In this document: positions 35,557 through 49,838 of the stretch, piece by piece
Numbering within the stretch: the stretch's first letter is position 1
Layout of the letters: the number at the start of each line of letters is the position of its first letter
Origin: Octopus sinensis
Lineage: Eukaryota
Length of the DNA: 64,000 bases
Reading direction: 5' to 3'
Assembly (NCBI RefSeq): GCF_006345805.1
Contig: NC_043000.1
Coordinates: 42,098,001-42,162,000 of the forward strand
Made by a program: the position numbers and the translations under genes
Notes under the pieces: generated by a model
What the model saw: the letters and a program-made list of their open reading frames with translations, nothing else
What the model was told of the DNA's origin: nothing
The model's database searches: none

Positions 35557-37559
35557 TGTGTGTGTGTGTGTGTTTTGTCTTTGTGGTTGTTCCCAATATC
35601 ACTTGACAGCTAGTGTTGGTGCGTCTAATCATTGTAACTTAGCAATTTGGCAAAAGAGACTGATAGAAAAAGTACCAGGCTTAACAAAAAGTAAGTAGTG
35701 AAGTCAATTCATTCAACTAAAAATGGAATTCTCCAAAGTGATGCCCCAGCATGGCCACAGTCTAATGAGCGAAACAAGTAAACAATAAAAAATAAAAGAG
35801 AAATGACACTGAAGACGATAACAACTGTAGCCAAAAGCATAAAACAACAACAACAAAAATGACAACAAACAACTCCATCCCCACCCCCACCCCCACCACA
35901 ACCACTATCACAACAAAAAGAAACCAAAAACCATGAAAGCAACAACAACAACAAGAACAACCAGTGACAACAGCAACAACTTCTGCAACAACATGAGCAA
36001 AAGTACAAAGCAACAAAAACCAGCAACAAATGTATCTAAAAAAAAAAAAAGCAACACAAAAATAATACATTAATGACAGCAACAAAGAGGTAAACAATTA
36101 GGTCATTATTAATGTGTGAAAGTGGGAGACGAAATTTATCATGGTGCTTCATAATATTAAAATTTTGATTTCATATTCAGTAAATTAGATGAAAATTAAT
36201 GGAAATAGCCATGTTTTTTTTTTTTATTTTTTAATTATTTTTACCAAGAAAAAAATCTATAAAGCTGGATGATGGCAAGATTGTGATGGATTAATTGTAT
36301 GTGTTTGTACATAAGCGCACACATCTATCTTACTGCTTATCTACTACCCTGTTAACTCACCTGTATAACAACAACAATAATGATTTCAAATTTTTTGGCA
36401 TAAGGCCAGCAATTTTGGAAAAAGGAAAAGTAGGTTACATCAACCTCAAGGTTCATCATCATTATCATCACTTAATGTCCGCTTTCCATACTGGCATGAG
36501 TTGAATGGTTTGACTAAGGACTGGCAAGCCAGAAAGCTGCACCAGGCTCCAATCTGATCTGGCAAAGTTTATACAGCTCGATGCCCTTCCTAATGTCAAC
36601 TGCTCTGAGAGTGTAGTGGGTGCTTTTTACATGCCACTGGCACGAGGGTCAGTCAGGTGGTACTGGCATTGACCATGCTCAAATGGTGCTTTTTATGTGC
36701 AACTAGCATGGCACCAGTCAGGTGTCACTGGCATTGACCATGTTTGTATGGTGCATTTTATGTGCCACTGGCATGGAAGTCAGTCAGGCAGTACTGGCAT
36801 CAGCCACAATAATGATTTCACTTGACTCAACAGGCCTTTTGAAGCACAGTTTATTGCTCAATGATTAAAGTGTACTCTTAAATGGCCCAGTTCATCTGGT
36901 ACTTATTTTATTGAACCTGAAGGTGATGATGATTTATATAAAAGCAAAGTTGACCTTGGTGGAATTTGAACTCAGTATGTAAAGACTGATGAAATGCTGC
37001 TAAGCATTTCACCCAGCATGCTAGCAATTCTTCTAGCTTCCTACGTTAGTAATAATAATAAAAATAATAATAACAATAATAATCCTTTCTATTAAAGGCA
37101 CAAGGGTTGAAATTTGTGGGGTAGGGGCAAAGTTGGTTACATCAACTCCAGTGTCTCACTGGTACGTAATTTATTGATAAAGGCGGTGAGCTGGCAGAAA
37201 CATTAGCATGCCGGGCGATATGCTAAGCGATATTTCGTCTGCTGTTATGTTCTGAGTTCAAATTCCGCCGAGGTCGACTTTGCCTTTCATCCTTTTGGGG
37301 TCGATAAATTAAGTACCAGTTACGCACTGGGATCGATGTAATCGACTTAATACCTATGTCTGTCCTTGTTTGTCCCCTCTATGTTTAGCCCCTTGTGGGT
37401 AATAAAGAAATAGGTACTTAATTTATTGACCCCAAAAGGATGAAAAGCAAAGTTGATTTTGTCGATATTTGAACTCAGAACATAGTGACAGGTGAAATGC
37501 CGCTAAGCATTTCGTCCAGCATGCTAATAATAATAATAATAATGATAATAATAATGATA

Positions 37560-37591
<32 letters not shown>

Positions 37592-37625
37592 GATGATGAT
37601 GAAGATGATGATGATGATGATGATG

Positions 37626-37703
<78 letters not shown>

Positions 37704-37789
37704 GATAGTGCTCATGGGACCTGCTCATATCCTATGCAAAATACTTTCTATGTAATCTCAAGTTTTAAAACAAACATCCTTTTTTTTTT

Positions 37790-37965
37790 TTGACATTCAC
37801 TAGTACAACACTAAATACAAAACCAAATATATGGCACACTAGGCATAACAACATCACGAACTTCCAACCTGTCATCTCTTGAGGTCTCTGGGTGAGACTT
37901 GGAGCCAACTCGTACAAATATAAAGCAAAAGTCAAACATAGAATAATAATAATAATGATAATAAT
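37790..37965 (+). mobile_element. LINE 3' end embedded in (TAA)n (probably R4/Dong-like); a second copy at ~980-1260 is interrupted by the 113-bp inversion
   Basis: Shared CTTCCAACCTGT..TCTCTTGAGGTC..TGGGTGAGACTTGGAGCCAAC...CAAACATAGAATAATAAT. Confidence 0.6.
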
Positions 37966-37992
37966 AATATGGCATGAACTGCTCTCTCACTC

Positions 37993-38027
<35 letters not shown>

Positions 38028-38090
38028 TAATCCTTCCTTATATATTTGACTGATTATCCAAATTAATGATGAAAGAAAATGTTGGTTTAC

Positions 38091-38187
38091 CAGTTCTCAT
38101 ACTGGTCTGTGAATTTGACTAATCCTCGAAATGAGACAGGAATTTCAGACCTGAAACTAAGGCAGCAGATGATATCCTCAGAAGTAT
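38091..38187 (-). CDS. CFAP47: CFAP47 exon (97 nt, phase 1-2): TSEDIICCLSFRSEIPVSFRGLVKFTDQYEN
   Basis: Acceptor tttttttaacgtctccag and donor AACTG|gtaaac; matches the recalled CFAP47 motif CxLSFxSxxPVSF. Confidence 0.9.
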
Positions 38188-39582
38188 CTGGAGACGTTAA
38201 AAAAAAAATCAAAAATGAATAAAAGACAAAAGCATGAAAATGAAAACAAAAAATACAAGATTACAAATCATTTAATGATAACCAGAATGAAATTCCTGAG
38301 CCTCTGTTCATGTTTTGACAGCCAGGTTCAATATCCAGTGCCCTTATTGCAGCAACTATTTCATTTCTGCATCACGGTGATGGTGGTGGTGATGATGGTG
38401 GTGACAAAGACTAGGACATTGGTGATGGAAATGATAATAAAAGGCACCAGTGCTGGTGCCGCATAAAAAGCACCTCAGCTGGTGCTACATAAAATGCACC
38501 CTGTACACTCTGTAAAGTGGTTGATTTTAAGAAGGGTATTTAACCATAGCAACAATGCTAAGAGAAACAATAGGCACCTGGGTATCTCTCCAGCTGGCCA
38601 GCTCCTTTTAAACTGTCTGACCCATGCCAGCATGGAAAATGGGCATTAAGTGAGGATGTGTGCTGATGGCATTAAAAAGCACCATCCGAACTTGGCTGAT
38701 GCTGGTGCCCTCTGACTGGCTCCTGTACCAGTGGTATGTAAAAAGCACTATCTGAACGTGAACGATGCCAGGGCCACCCGACTGGCACCTGTGCCAGTGG
38801 TATGTAAAAAGCCCCTACTACACTCTCGGAGTGGTTGGCATTAGGAAGGGCATCCAGCTGTAGAAACCTTGTTAGATCAGATTAGAGCCTGGTGCAGCCT
38901 TCTGGCTTGCCAGTACTCAGTCAAACTATCAAACCCATGCCAGCACGGAAAACAATGTTAAACAATGCTGATGATGCTGATGATGATGATAATAACAATG
39001 GCAAAACATATTTTCATCAAACTTTTCACCTCTACATGAAAAGGATGAGGATAATGATGATAAGAAAATGGTGGTGGGAATGATGATGATGGTGATGATA
39101 CTGTTGCTGATGATGATAATAACACTGACGATGATGATGATTTATATAAAGTTGGTGAGAATGAGTATGAGAATAATGATGATGATGCTGATGCAGGAAG
39201 AGGAAGTAAAGCAAAACAAAAAGAAAAAAAGAATTGATAGATTAAAAAAAAAAATATGAAATCCTAAAAGAGAACATTAAAGCAATATTTTTTTTGCTGC
39301 TTTTTAAACTATCGCAGATTAAAAGCTTTTTGCATCAGTAGCATCACCACCTTCAACACCATAAAAAAGAAAAAAAACAAAAAATTTTACTAACAATACC
39401 AACACCACCACCACCACCACACCACCGTCAACAACAACAACAGCACTGACATTCAATGACATTTTGTTTTGAAATAATATAGACAACAAAAATTATTACT
39501 TCAATAATTACTGCATTTTGAATTTGTTGTTTTAATTGTTAATGTGTCTGTTATTAGATATGTCATTTATAATTTCATAATC

Positions 39583-40058
39583 AGCCAACCAACCAACCAA
39601 CCAACCATCCAACTAACCAGTGAACCAACTAACCAATCTACCAATCAACCAACTAAACATCCACCTGTCAAAGCAAGCAAGCAAGCAAGCAAACAACCAG
39701 CCAACCATCTAATTATCCAACCAAACAGCCTTCAAACATCCATCCAACCAACCAGCCAACCAGCCAACCAACCAACCAAACAGTCATCCATCCATTCAAC
39801 CCACCAAACAAACAAACCAATCAACCAACCAACCAACCAACCAGCCAATCAACCAACCAACCAACCAACCAACTATCCAACCAAGCAATCATATATCCAT
39901 CCAACCAACCAAACAAACAAACCAACCAAACAACCATCCATCCATCCAACCAACCAACCAACCAACCAACCAACCACCCATTCAACCAACCAACCAACCA
40001 TCAATCCAACCAACCAACCAACCAACCATCAAGCCAACCAACCAACCAACCAACCAGC
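39583..40058. repeat. Degenerate (ACCA)n tetranucleotide tract
   Basis: Directly visible; source of the QPTN pseudo-ORF. Confidence 0.95.
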
Positions 40059-40181
40059 CATTTTGACAGAAGTTTATAAGCCATAAATTAACTTTCACCT
40101 AATATTTGTAATAGATATTCATTATATTCTGTGAACCACATGATTTTGAACAAGAGACAATGATGATGATGATGATGATAG

Positions 40182-40259
<78 letters not shown>

Positions 40260-40687
40260 CATCTGGTTGCACTGTTGATTTACAGCAGTTCCTGTTCCTT
40301 AAAAAACCAACAGTTTATGTTTGTAGAAATATTACTAAATTATGATGGTAGAAACAAATATAGTTTTTCACCTTATTTATTTTGTGGATGTATATGCATA
40401 GGTGGATGTGTGTGCATATATGTATGTGTGTGTGTGTGTGTAATTGTTTATTGTGTCTCTCTGCAAAAAAAAAAAAAAAAAAAAACTAAATCAAATAGCA
40501 GCAACCTGAATTTTATCACTCTAATTACTTCTGGAATATTTTCTTTATTATTTTTTACCACAACCACAACCATCACCTTCATCATCACCCTTATCATCGT
40601 AATTTTCATCCTTTCATTGTTGTGACTATACTACCATCATTCCCATCACTTTTAACACTATCATCATCATCATCATTGTCATCATTG

Positions 40688-40721
<34 letters not shown>

Positions 40722-41860
40722 TATCATCACTATTATTACCATTGTTATCACCATCATTAGCTATCATCATTGCTATCGTGTTTTGCATCACCGTCCTTGT
40801 TATCAGCATCATTGTTATGATCTCCCATTATCATCAATATCATTGTCATCTTTATTAAAATCTATCAGCAATTTTTTTATCATAATTATTATCATTCTTA
40901 TCACTGGCATCCCCACCACCACTATCAATATCACCGCCACCATCATCATCACCACCACCATCATCATTATCATCATGATCATTATCTTTATCACCACCAG
41001 GAATATTTTACGCTTTTGCAATTTTTCCTTCTCTTCTTCCTAACCCAATGTTCACTACCACCACCACCACCACCATCACTACCATCATCATCATCATCAT
41101 CGTTGCAGCTGGCATTAGCCTTAGTTTATCACCCCCAACACTGTCAACAGCATCAACAATGAGCCAAATGAGAGAGAGTCTCTCAATGCCACTGACCGAC
41201 CGTCTACAAATAGCAGCCAAATATCCCTGCCATTACACGCTACATGTTTTTCCAAGGACAAAACTGAATACAACTGGCACCTAAAGAATGTCGAAGATTA
41301 CATCAGCTAAAATATTGAGACTATAGCAGCCAACATGAGGACATTAGTCCTAAGACAATATTGGACTGGATTGCCTATGTTCAATCTACTGCAGGATGAA
41401 TATGTCCTCTCCAGTAACCATGGTCTGATATAGAGGCTGAAATCATACTGGTTTGATGAGCCTACTCTGCCAGACTGGCTTGACATGGTTTGGCAGAGGA
41501 GCACAGTGTTTTGTAGTCTTATCCAGGATTAGTTAAGTTAATTACATCGACCTTGGTGCTCAAATGGTACTTATTTTATCAACCCACAAAGGGATGAAAA
41601 TAAATAAATATTAGACTTTAAATGTTTTAAGGAATGGTATAGTCAGATAACATTGATCTCAGTTTTGTAGAATCATAGGGACTTGCATATGTAGAATAAC
41701 TGGCTAACAAGTTCAATCTTGCTGAGAGATTATGAATGCATATAAAAATTTAAAAAACTATAAAGCAAAAAAAAAAAAAACAAAAAAAAAACTCTACACT
41801 ACCCAACCCCACCATCAAATCATGTTATAATGATTTCAATGAAAGTTTGGTACTTATCAC

Positions 41861-41949
41861 CGTTATCAAGAATAGTTGCTTTGAATGGTTCAATAACTTT
41901 GTTGTCATCACAAGTGACACTAGGACATTCAACTTTCAGTTCAGGAAAC
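41861..41949 (-). CDS. CFAP47: CFAP47 exon (89 nt, phase 2-1): FPELKVECPSVTCDDNKVIEPFKATILDN
   Basis: Strong acceptor tttatttattgttgtag. The donor AACG|gtgata is weak but is the only GT giving the required phase. Confidence 0.75.
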
Positions 41950-42147
41950 CTACAACAATAAATAAATAAACAAATAAAGAAATTAATTAATTAATAAAAA
42001 AATTATGGTAAGTAGCTTGTTTCCCAACGACATGGTTCCAAGTTCAGTCCCACTGTGTGGAACTTTTAGCAAGTGTCTTCTATTATAGCCTTGGGCTGAC
42101 AAAAGCCTTTGTGGGTGGATCTTTTAGATGGAAACTGAAAGGTACCT

Positions 42148-42183
<36 letters not shown>

Positions 42184-42501
42184 TCTTCTATTCTTTTATT
42201 TATTTCAGTTATTTGACTGTGGCCATGCTGGATAACCACCTTTAGTTGAAAAAATCGCCCCCCAGGACTTATTTGTATGCAGTGGGACTGAATCTGGAAC
42301 CATGTGGTTGGTAAGCAGGCTACTTACCATGCATGTATGTGTGTTTGTGTGTGTGTATATATATAGTTGGAATTTACAAAAAAAAAATACAAAAACAAAA
42401 GACGAAGACAGGTGTGTAAACAACAAACAGATATATTAGTTTAACACTTGGGAAGTGAGAAAGTCTTTTACGTTTTGAGCCTACGATCTTTGACAATATA
42501 C

Positions 42502-42534
<33 letters not shown>

Positions 42535-42600
42535 TGTATGTATGTATGTATGTATGTACGTATATATTATAAAAGAAATATATATATATAAATATATACT

Positions 42601-43870
42601 AGACTAGACTACCTGTGACCTGTTGGGTCACCTGGAAAGTCTGAGTTTCTCAGCAACAGAGTTTTGTTTCATGGGTTTTTTTTCTTTTCCATATTATTTC
42701 GCATGCTTTCAATGAATGTGACATTGAAATCATGCATAAATGGCTCCTTACCCTGGAAAAGGAAACATTTGGCTGTTACTTCTTGTGTGACCTGCTACCA
42801 CATAACAGGTATTTTGGGTCAATTATTACAAATAGCTGTTACGTGGTAGCACTCAAATCTTTGGAGCTGAGATATGTTGAATGCACTCCAAAAAAATTTT
42901 GCAATGGTATTTCCTTGGGGTGATCTTTTGCTTTGACTCTCAGACTGTCATCCAGATCAGTTAGTTTTGTTTGTTAATTTCCGTAAAAATATTTTTATCT
43001 ATTCACTTTTGTTTTAGAGTGAAAGATGTATGAACATGTATATGAAATGGATGTGTGAGCGTGTGTGTGTGCGTGTGTGTGCATGTGTGTGTGTGTGAGT
43101 GAGAGAGAGAGAGAGGGAGAGAGAGATAGAGTGCCACTTACACATACATGAGAACACACATTCACTCACTTACTATCCCTCTCTCCCATACACATGTACA
43201 TACAAAAAAGATATACACATATGTATTGATGTATGTATGTATACATGACAACACACCCCTTCATTCATTCTCTCTCTCTTTCACACACACATCCATTTCA
43301 TATACATGTATGTTACATCTTTCATTTTCTCATTTTTTTCATTTTAAAACAAAAGTAAATGAATAAAAATGTTTTACAGAAATTAACGAACTCCGGACAA
43401 CAGTTCTGAGAATCCAAGCAGAAGATCGCCATTCACTTGAAAATAATTAAAAATAGACGTTAAAATAGTTTGTTTAAAGAAAGCTAAAATATAAATACTT
43501 ACTGTACAAGCAACTTACATTTTTTAAAATCACATTCAGTTAAAAATATTTGTGTATGCGTATATGTGTCACAGCTAACGGACTTGTGTTTGTGTTGATT
43601 GACATAACATAGCATTCATTATATGTGTGTGTATTTTGTATGTGTATGTGTGTTGATGCCATGGAAGCCTTTTTTGTCAAGAAATAACAAACCAAAATTG
43701 CGTTTAATCGCTTGCTTTAATAAACAGAGGTCCAAATATTACAAAAATTTGTACTGCACTGCCAAAGGTAAGTATGAAAATATATATGCAAAAAAAAAAA
43801 ATTAAGATAAAATATACTATTTCTGAGATATTTTAGGTACAAACAAACATCTCTAGAGTTTTATTATTAT
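42601..43870 (-). mobile_element. Non-autonomous Helitron-like element
   Basis: CTAG end with subterminal hairpin GTGACC...GGTCAC at 42600-42630; the internal block 43020-43060 resembles 8000-8050 of the other Helitron; the 5' end is unclear. Confidence 0.55.
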
Positions 43871-46133
43871 TAATATATATATATATATATATTTATATAT
43901 ATCATCATCATTGTTTAACGTCCTTTTGTGCTGGATGAAAGTGAGCCAGCAGAATTGTTAGCATGCTGGGCAAAATGCTTAGTGACATTTCAACCATATT
44001 TATGTTTTGAGTTCAAATTCTGCTGAGGTCCACTTTCTCTTTCATTCTTTCAAGGGCGATAAAATAAGTACCAGTTGAGTATTGGGATCAATGTAATTCA
44101 CTTACTCCAGTCCCCTGAAATTTCTGGTCTTGTGCCAAAATTTAAAACTAATATGTCGAGATGGATGAAAGGTGGGATGAGCTAGCAGAATCATTAGCCA
44201 GCCAGGCAAAATGCTAGTCGGCGTTTCGTCCATCTTTACATTATGGGTTCAAATTCTGCCAAGGTTCACTTTGCCTTTTATGCTTTTGGGGTCAATAAAG
44301 TAAGTACCAGTTGAGCACTGGGGTCAATGCAATCAACATACTTCTTACTACAAAATTGCTGGCCTTGTGTTAAAATCTGAAACCAATGTTTTGTGCTGAA
44401 CACAATAAATCAATAAAAAGCATGCAGCAGATTTGAAATCATAACGCTTGAGAAGTAAGAAGGCAGAGTATAAATAACTAATCTATTTAACCATTCATTT
44501 GCTTCTACCAATAAACGATTAAATAAATAAATACACAAATTAAATTAATTACTTAATTACCAACTATTTGAGAACTAGACAGCTGTAGAGGGGTCAGTGA
44601 GCAGGTCACTGATGTGTAATGATAAAAGAACTTTGCTCCAAGCAACTAAATAATTAAATAATAACAAAGTGAATATGAACCACCTCCAGTGCATGTGTTT
44701 GTGGTAATTGATATTGTTGTTGTTGTTTTTTAGCCCCAGGTCAAACATGATCAAGCAAAACTTTGACCAAATGGACTCTGGCAGTGACTTTTTATCTTAT
44801 CTTTTATTTTTAACAACCTAGTGTATTTTGAACTACATTAAACTACGAGTCCTTCATTTTACTTTTTTTTTTGTAAAGAAAATAGAATTTATCTTGAAAT
44901 GAAACTTAGGTATGTTTTCTAGCAATTCAAGCAACCACATAGTATGCATGTGTGTGTGTTTGTGCGTGTACATGTGTGAATGTGCATGTGTATCTTCTTG
45001 TTGTTTACTTCCAGATCATTCTGAATTGAGCAGACCATTCTGTAATTTTTCTTTTGGGTATAATATATACCTAGGACCACATTAACCAATAGGTCTGTCA
45101 CTTTCTAAGATGGTAGCATGTGATTTCACATGGAGCTGGGTACTATTTCTTGGTGTTAGGTTCACCACATAGCAGGTCACTCATTGGTTCATGCATGTTT
45201 TTCTTAAGACCAGAGATGATCTTTTCAAAATAAATATACAGTTTTCCTTAATTAGATGAGTCATATTTGTTGGTAGTGTTGGCATTGAGATTGTCACCTT
45301 TGTCATCATCATTGCCATCGCCATATCCATTTTCTGTGATGGCCACGGTTGGGCAGTTTGACAGGAGCTTCCAAACCAAAGGACTACATCAAGCTCTAAT
45401 GTCTGTTTTATCATGTTTTCTGCAGCTGGGTGCCCATTGTAACACTAGTGATTTTACAGAGGTGTACTGGATGTTTTTTTTATGTAACACCAGCACCAGC
45501 ACCAGTGATGTCACTAAATGATAGGCAGGACAAAACACCACAACTGAGGGGAGAAGTAGTATTGAGAACGGTGACTTTGTGTCAGATGATGTGAACTTGA
45601 AGCATGATGTGAGAGATAGGTATAAGTGACTTACTGTAGGGGAGATACATTGTTGTCCCTCATCGTACATCATTTAACGTCTGCTTTCCATGCTAGCATT
45701 GGTTGGACGATTTGACTGAGGGCTGGCAAAGCAGATGGCTGCACCAGGCTCCAATCTTGATCTGGCAGAGTTTCTGCAGCTGGATGCTCTTCCTAACGCC
45801 AACCACTCTGAGAGTGTAGCAGGTGCTTTTACATGCCCCCGGCACAGGGACCACTCAGGCGGTACTGGCAACGACCTTGCTCAAATCTTTTTACACATGT
45901 CACTGGCACAGGTGCCAGTAAGGCGACGCTGGTAAGGATCCCGCTCGAATGGTGCCTTTTACGTGCCACCGGCATGGAAACCAGTTAGCTGCTCTGGCAA
46001 TGATCATGCTCGGATGGTGCACTTAGCACCCTACTAGCATGGGGCCCAAGTACCAGTAAAGCGACACTATTGTAAAAAAAAAATGAGAGAAGATGGTGAT
46101 GGAGAGGTTAGAGTTAAAGTTAAAATCACTCAC

Positions 46134-46329
46134 GTAAAATAGTCAACTGGCTGCATAAGAACATCGACAGAGTCTTCAATTTGCAATGGAACTCTGAAAT
46201 ACACTGCAGATGGGTTGAACACAATCCAGGAAAGCCTCACAAAAACACTGATCTGAAGATATTTGTGAATTGTTTTGTAGTTTTCATTGAGGTAAATTGG
46301 AATCTGGAAGCTATAGTTGGTGCAGGTTT
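46134..46329 (-). CDS. CFAP47: CFAP47 exon (196 nt, phase 1-2): TCTNYSFQIPIYLNEN...FNPSAVYFRVPLQIEDSVDVLMQPVDYF
   Basis: Part of ORF 46130..46504; donor TTTAC|gtgagt. The acceptor gctgtgcacag was chosen because it is the nearby AG that gives phase 1; other AGs exist at 46304 and 46311. Confidence 0.8.
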
Positions 46330-46709
46330 CTGTGCACAGCAATATTGACAGGTAGAAGATATGAAAAATATATAAAGGTGAGGAAAAAAAAAGTGAATGC
46401 AGAAGAGAATGAGATAAAGTAAAAGACAGAAATGGATAAAAGAATATTAGTAAAAAAAAAGAGAGAAAGTAAAAATGAGAGCAACAAGCATAAAAAAAGA
46501 CCATATCAAAATTGATATATTATCATTGACAGAGGTGTTGCACAGGGTGTTCAAGACTGAGACTTCATGAAACAAACTTCTTAACCATACAACTATGTCA
46601 GGAGCACACACAGACCAAATTTTATTGAGTTTTTGAAAATTCTATTCGGTTTGTCAAACATAGTGCATTACAGTATATACTTGAACTGATATTTATATAT
46701 ATATATATA

Positions 46710-47560
46710 TCATCATCATCATCATCGTTTAAAGTCCACTTTCCATGCTAGTATGGGTTGGACGATTTGACTGAGTACTGGCGAACCAGATGGCTGCACC
46801 AGACTCCAATCAGATCTGGCAGAGCTTCTACAGCTGGATGCCCTTCCTAACGCCAACCACTCCGAGAGTGTAGTGGGTGCTTTTACGTGCCACCAGCATG
46901 AGGGCCAATCAGGTGGTACTGGCAATGGCCATGCTCAAATGGTGTTTTTTACATGCCACCTGCACAGGAGCCAGTCCAGTGGCACTGACAACGACCTCGC
47001 TCAAATTTGTTTTTCATGTGCCACTGGCAGAAGTGCCAGTAAGGCGATGCTGGTAATGATCACACTTGAATGGTGCTTTTTACGTGCCACCAGCATGGAA
47101 GCCAGTCAGCTGCTCTTAGCGCTCCACTAGCACAGATGTCAGTCATTGTATTTGATTTCGATTTCACTTGCCTCAACAGGTCTTTGCAAACAGAGTGAGG
47201 GGCCCTTTGTCACCAGCAGAGGTAAGAGCTCTCTGAACTTTGCCCGGTCTATTCTTATTCTAGCAGCTACACTTTCAGCACACCCTCCCCCGCTACTGAC
47301 TTGGTCACCTAGGTAATGGAAGCTATCAACTACTTCTAGTTTTTCTCCTTGGAATGTGGTGGAAGTTGTTATCCGCACATTTTCAGTGTTTATTGCTCCT
47401 GAGCATCTGCCACATACAAAAACTATCTTCCCAGTTAGCCTTCCTTTGATATTGCTGCACCTCTTATGTGTCCATTGCTTACACTGTGTACATCTTATAG
47501 AGTTTCTACCTACGCCTTTTCTATAGATCGAGCAGGGCCATTTACCTGAAGGGATATGTA
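46710..47560 (-). mobile_element. RTE LINE: ORF2 fragment fused to the family C 3' tail by internal deletion
   Basis: GKWPCSI.RKGVGRNSI.CTQCK.WTHKRCS..., then LEVVDSFHYLGDQVSSGGG...ARIR...KFRELLPLL, then the (GAT)n-tailed repeat. Confidence 0.85.
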
Positions 47561-49838
47561 TTCTGATTAAGGTGACATTTATCTAAACAATTGGTGTTGG
47601 ACCTGACAGAGGCAAAGTCACTGAGCTCTTTTTGAGTGTTGCACCTCACGGAGGTAAAGTGGCTGAGTTCCTTTTGAGTGTTGGGTGTCATGGAGGCAAT
47701 GACCAAGACATTTAGCATTGTTATGCTTGAGAAGAAGACCCATGAAGATGAGCAAAATTGCAGTCTTGGCAGATACCGGTGTCACGCAAATTGGCACCCA
47801 TACCAGTGGCATGTAGACACACCCCGGTGTCACACAAATGATACCTGTGCTAGCGGCCTGTAAAAGCACCCATTACACTCTTGGAGTGGTTGGCGTTAGG
47901 AAGAGCATCAAGTCATACAAAACCATGCCAAATCAGACTAGAGTCTGGTGCAGCCTTCCAATCAAACTGTTCAACCTATGCTAGCATGGACAATGAACGT
48001 TAAATGATGATGAAGCATTGACTGAAAAATGATGAGCTAACTCCAGCTACAAATTGAACCAACAAATCAACACTAACATGGCTCCTTGCACATGTGCTTG
48101 AAAAACAGTATGCAAAAGGACGATAATGATTATATATGTCAAGGAAGTGTCATTATGACAATATTGCTAACACATATTTCATGACTCTCTCTAGACACAA
48201 CAAAATTTGTTTCAATATACGAATTCACAAAAAGAATCTTACAAACCAAATACAAAACAAAGTGTGTGTGTGTGTGTGCATATGAATGTATGTATATCAA
48301 TATCACCATCATAAGGTCCACTTTTCCTTGCTTGTGTGGGTTGGACAGAAATTACTAAGGCAAATCTATTCTCAGGTGCCCTTCCTGTTACCAGCCCTCA
48401 CTTGTTTCCAAGTCAGATAATATTTCCCCACGGTCAAGCATATTTTCAAAATATTGGAAATGAATGACATTGCTTGTATGACTGTGACGCTCATTTACTA
48501 CAATCATATGATATCAAGATACAGTGACACAAAATAAATACACTCACACACAATACACACATACATGTTTATGCGTGCGTAAGTGCATCTATGTAAGTAT
48601 GTATGTATGTATCTATCTATCAATCTATCTATTTATATATATCTATCTGTCTATCTATACACACACACACACACACACACACCACACACAAACAGCTGTA
48701 GTCATAACTGTTTAGTTAAGAACTTCACAACCCAACTATATTGTTTTGGGTTCATTTTCATTTCTACTCTTCAATACCTTAGGCAAGTGTCTTCTATTGA
48801 GGCATTACCCTTCAAATGTAATCACCATGTGTGGGGTGTAATTCAGAAAGACACCAACTATCAGCAATAACAGGGCTGAACTTGTAGACAAGATCAAGGA
48901 GGTGTTTGAAGAACTTCCCAGGGATACAGTGAGGAATGCATACAATATGTTCCAAAGCCATCTTAAGGTTGTGGTGGAACAACAGCCAGGATTGAAATAC
49001 TTTACGTTCATATGCCTGTTAGGTGAAGCTTTAAACTGGCACTCTGTTGGTTATGACAACAAGGGTTCTCTTTGATCATGGAATTAATGTGCAAGTGGTT
49101 GAGTACTCCACAGACATACTCTTTTACTCTTTTACTTGTTTCAGTCATTTGACTGCGGCCATGCTGGAGCACCGCCTTTAGTCGAGCAAATCGACCGCGG
49201 GACTTATTCCTTGTAAGCCCAGTACTTATTCTATCGGTCTCTTTTGCCGATCCGCTAAGTGACGGGGACATAAACACACCAGCATCGGTTGTCAAGCAAT
49301 GCTAGGGGTCAAACACAAACACACACACACACATATATATATATACATATATACGACAGGCTTCTTTCAGTTTTCGTCTACCAAATTCACTCACAAGGCA
49401 TTGGTTGACCCGGGCCTATAGCAGAAGACACTTGCCCAAGATGCCACGCAGTGGGACTGAACCCGGAACCATGTGGTTGGTTAGCAAGCTACTTACCACA
49501 CAGCCACTCCTGCGCCTATGTATACCTTTAATGTAGTTCTCGGTGAGGTTCAGCGTGACACAGGATGTGACAAGGCCAGCTGTGTGAATTACAGGTGGAA
49601 CGTGAAATGAAGTGTCTTGCTCAAGGACATAATGTGCCACTAGTAATCGAACTTACGACCTTCGATTGAGAGCCAAATACCTTAACCACTAAGCCATGCA
49701 CCTTCACAGGTGAAGCTTTAACCAAGGCTAAATAACAATGGCAATCTTAGCTGCAGCAATGTTAATGACAATGAAAATAACAACTAGTGTAATAAAAGCA
49801 ACAATATTCTTCAAAACAATAGTAGAGCTCAAACTCAC

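Noticed and set aside
39544-40086. 180-aa QPTN-rich ORF
   Set aside because: Translation of an (ACCA)n tract.
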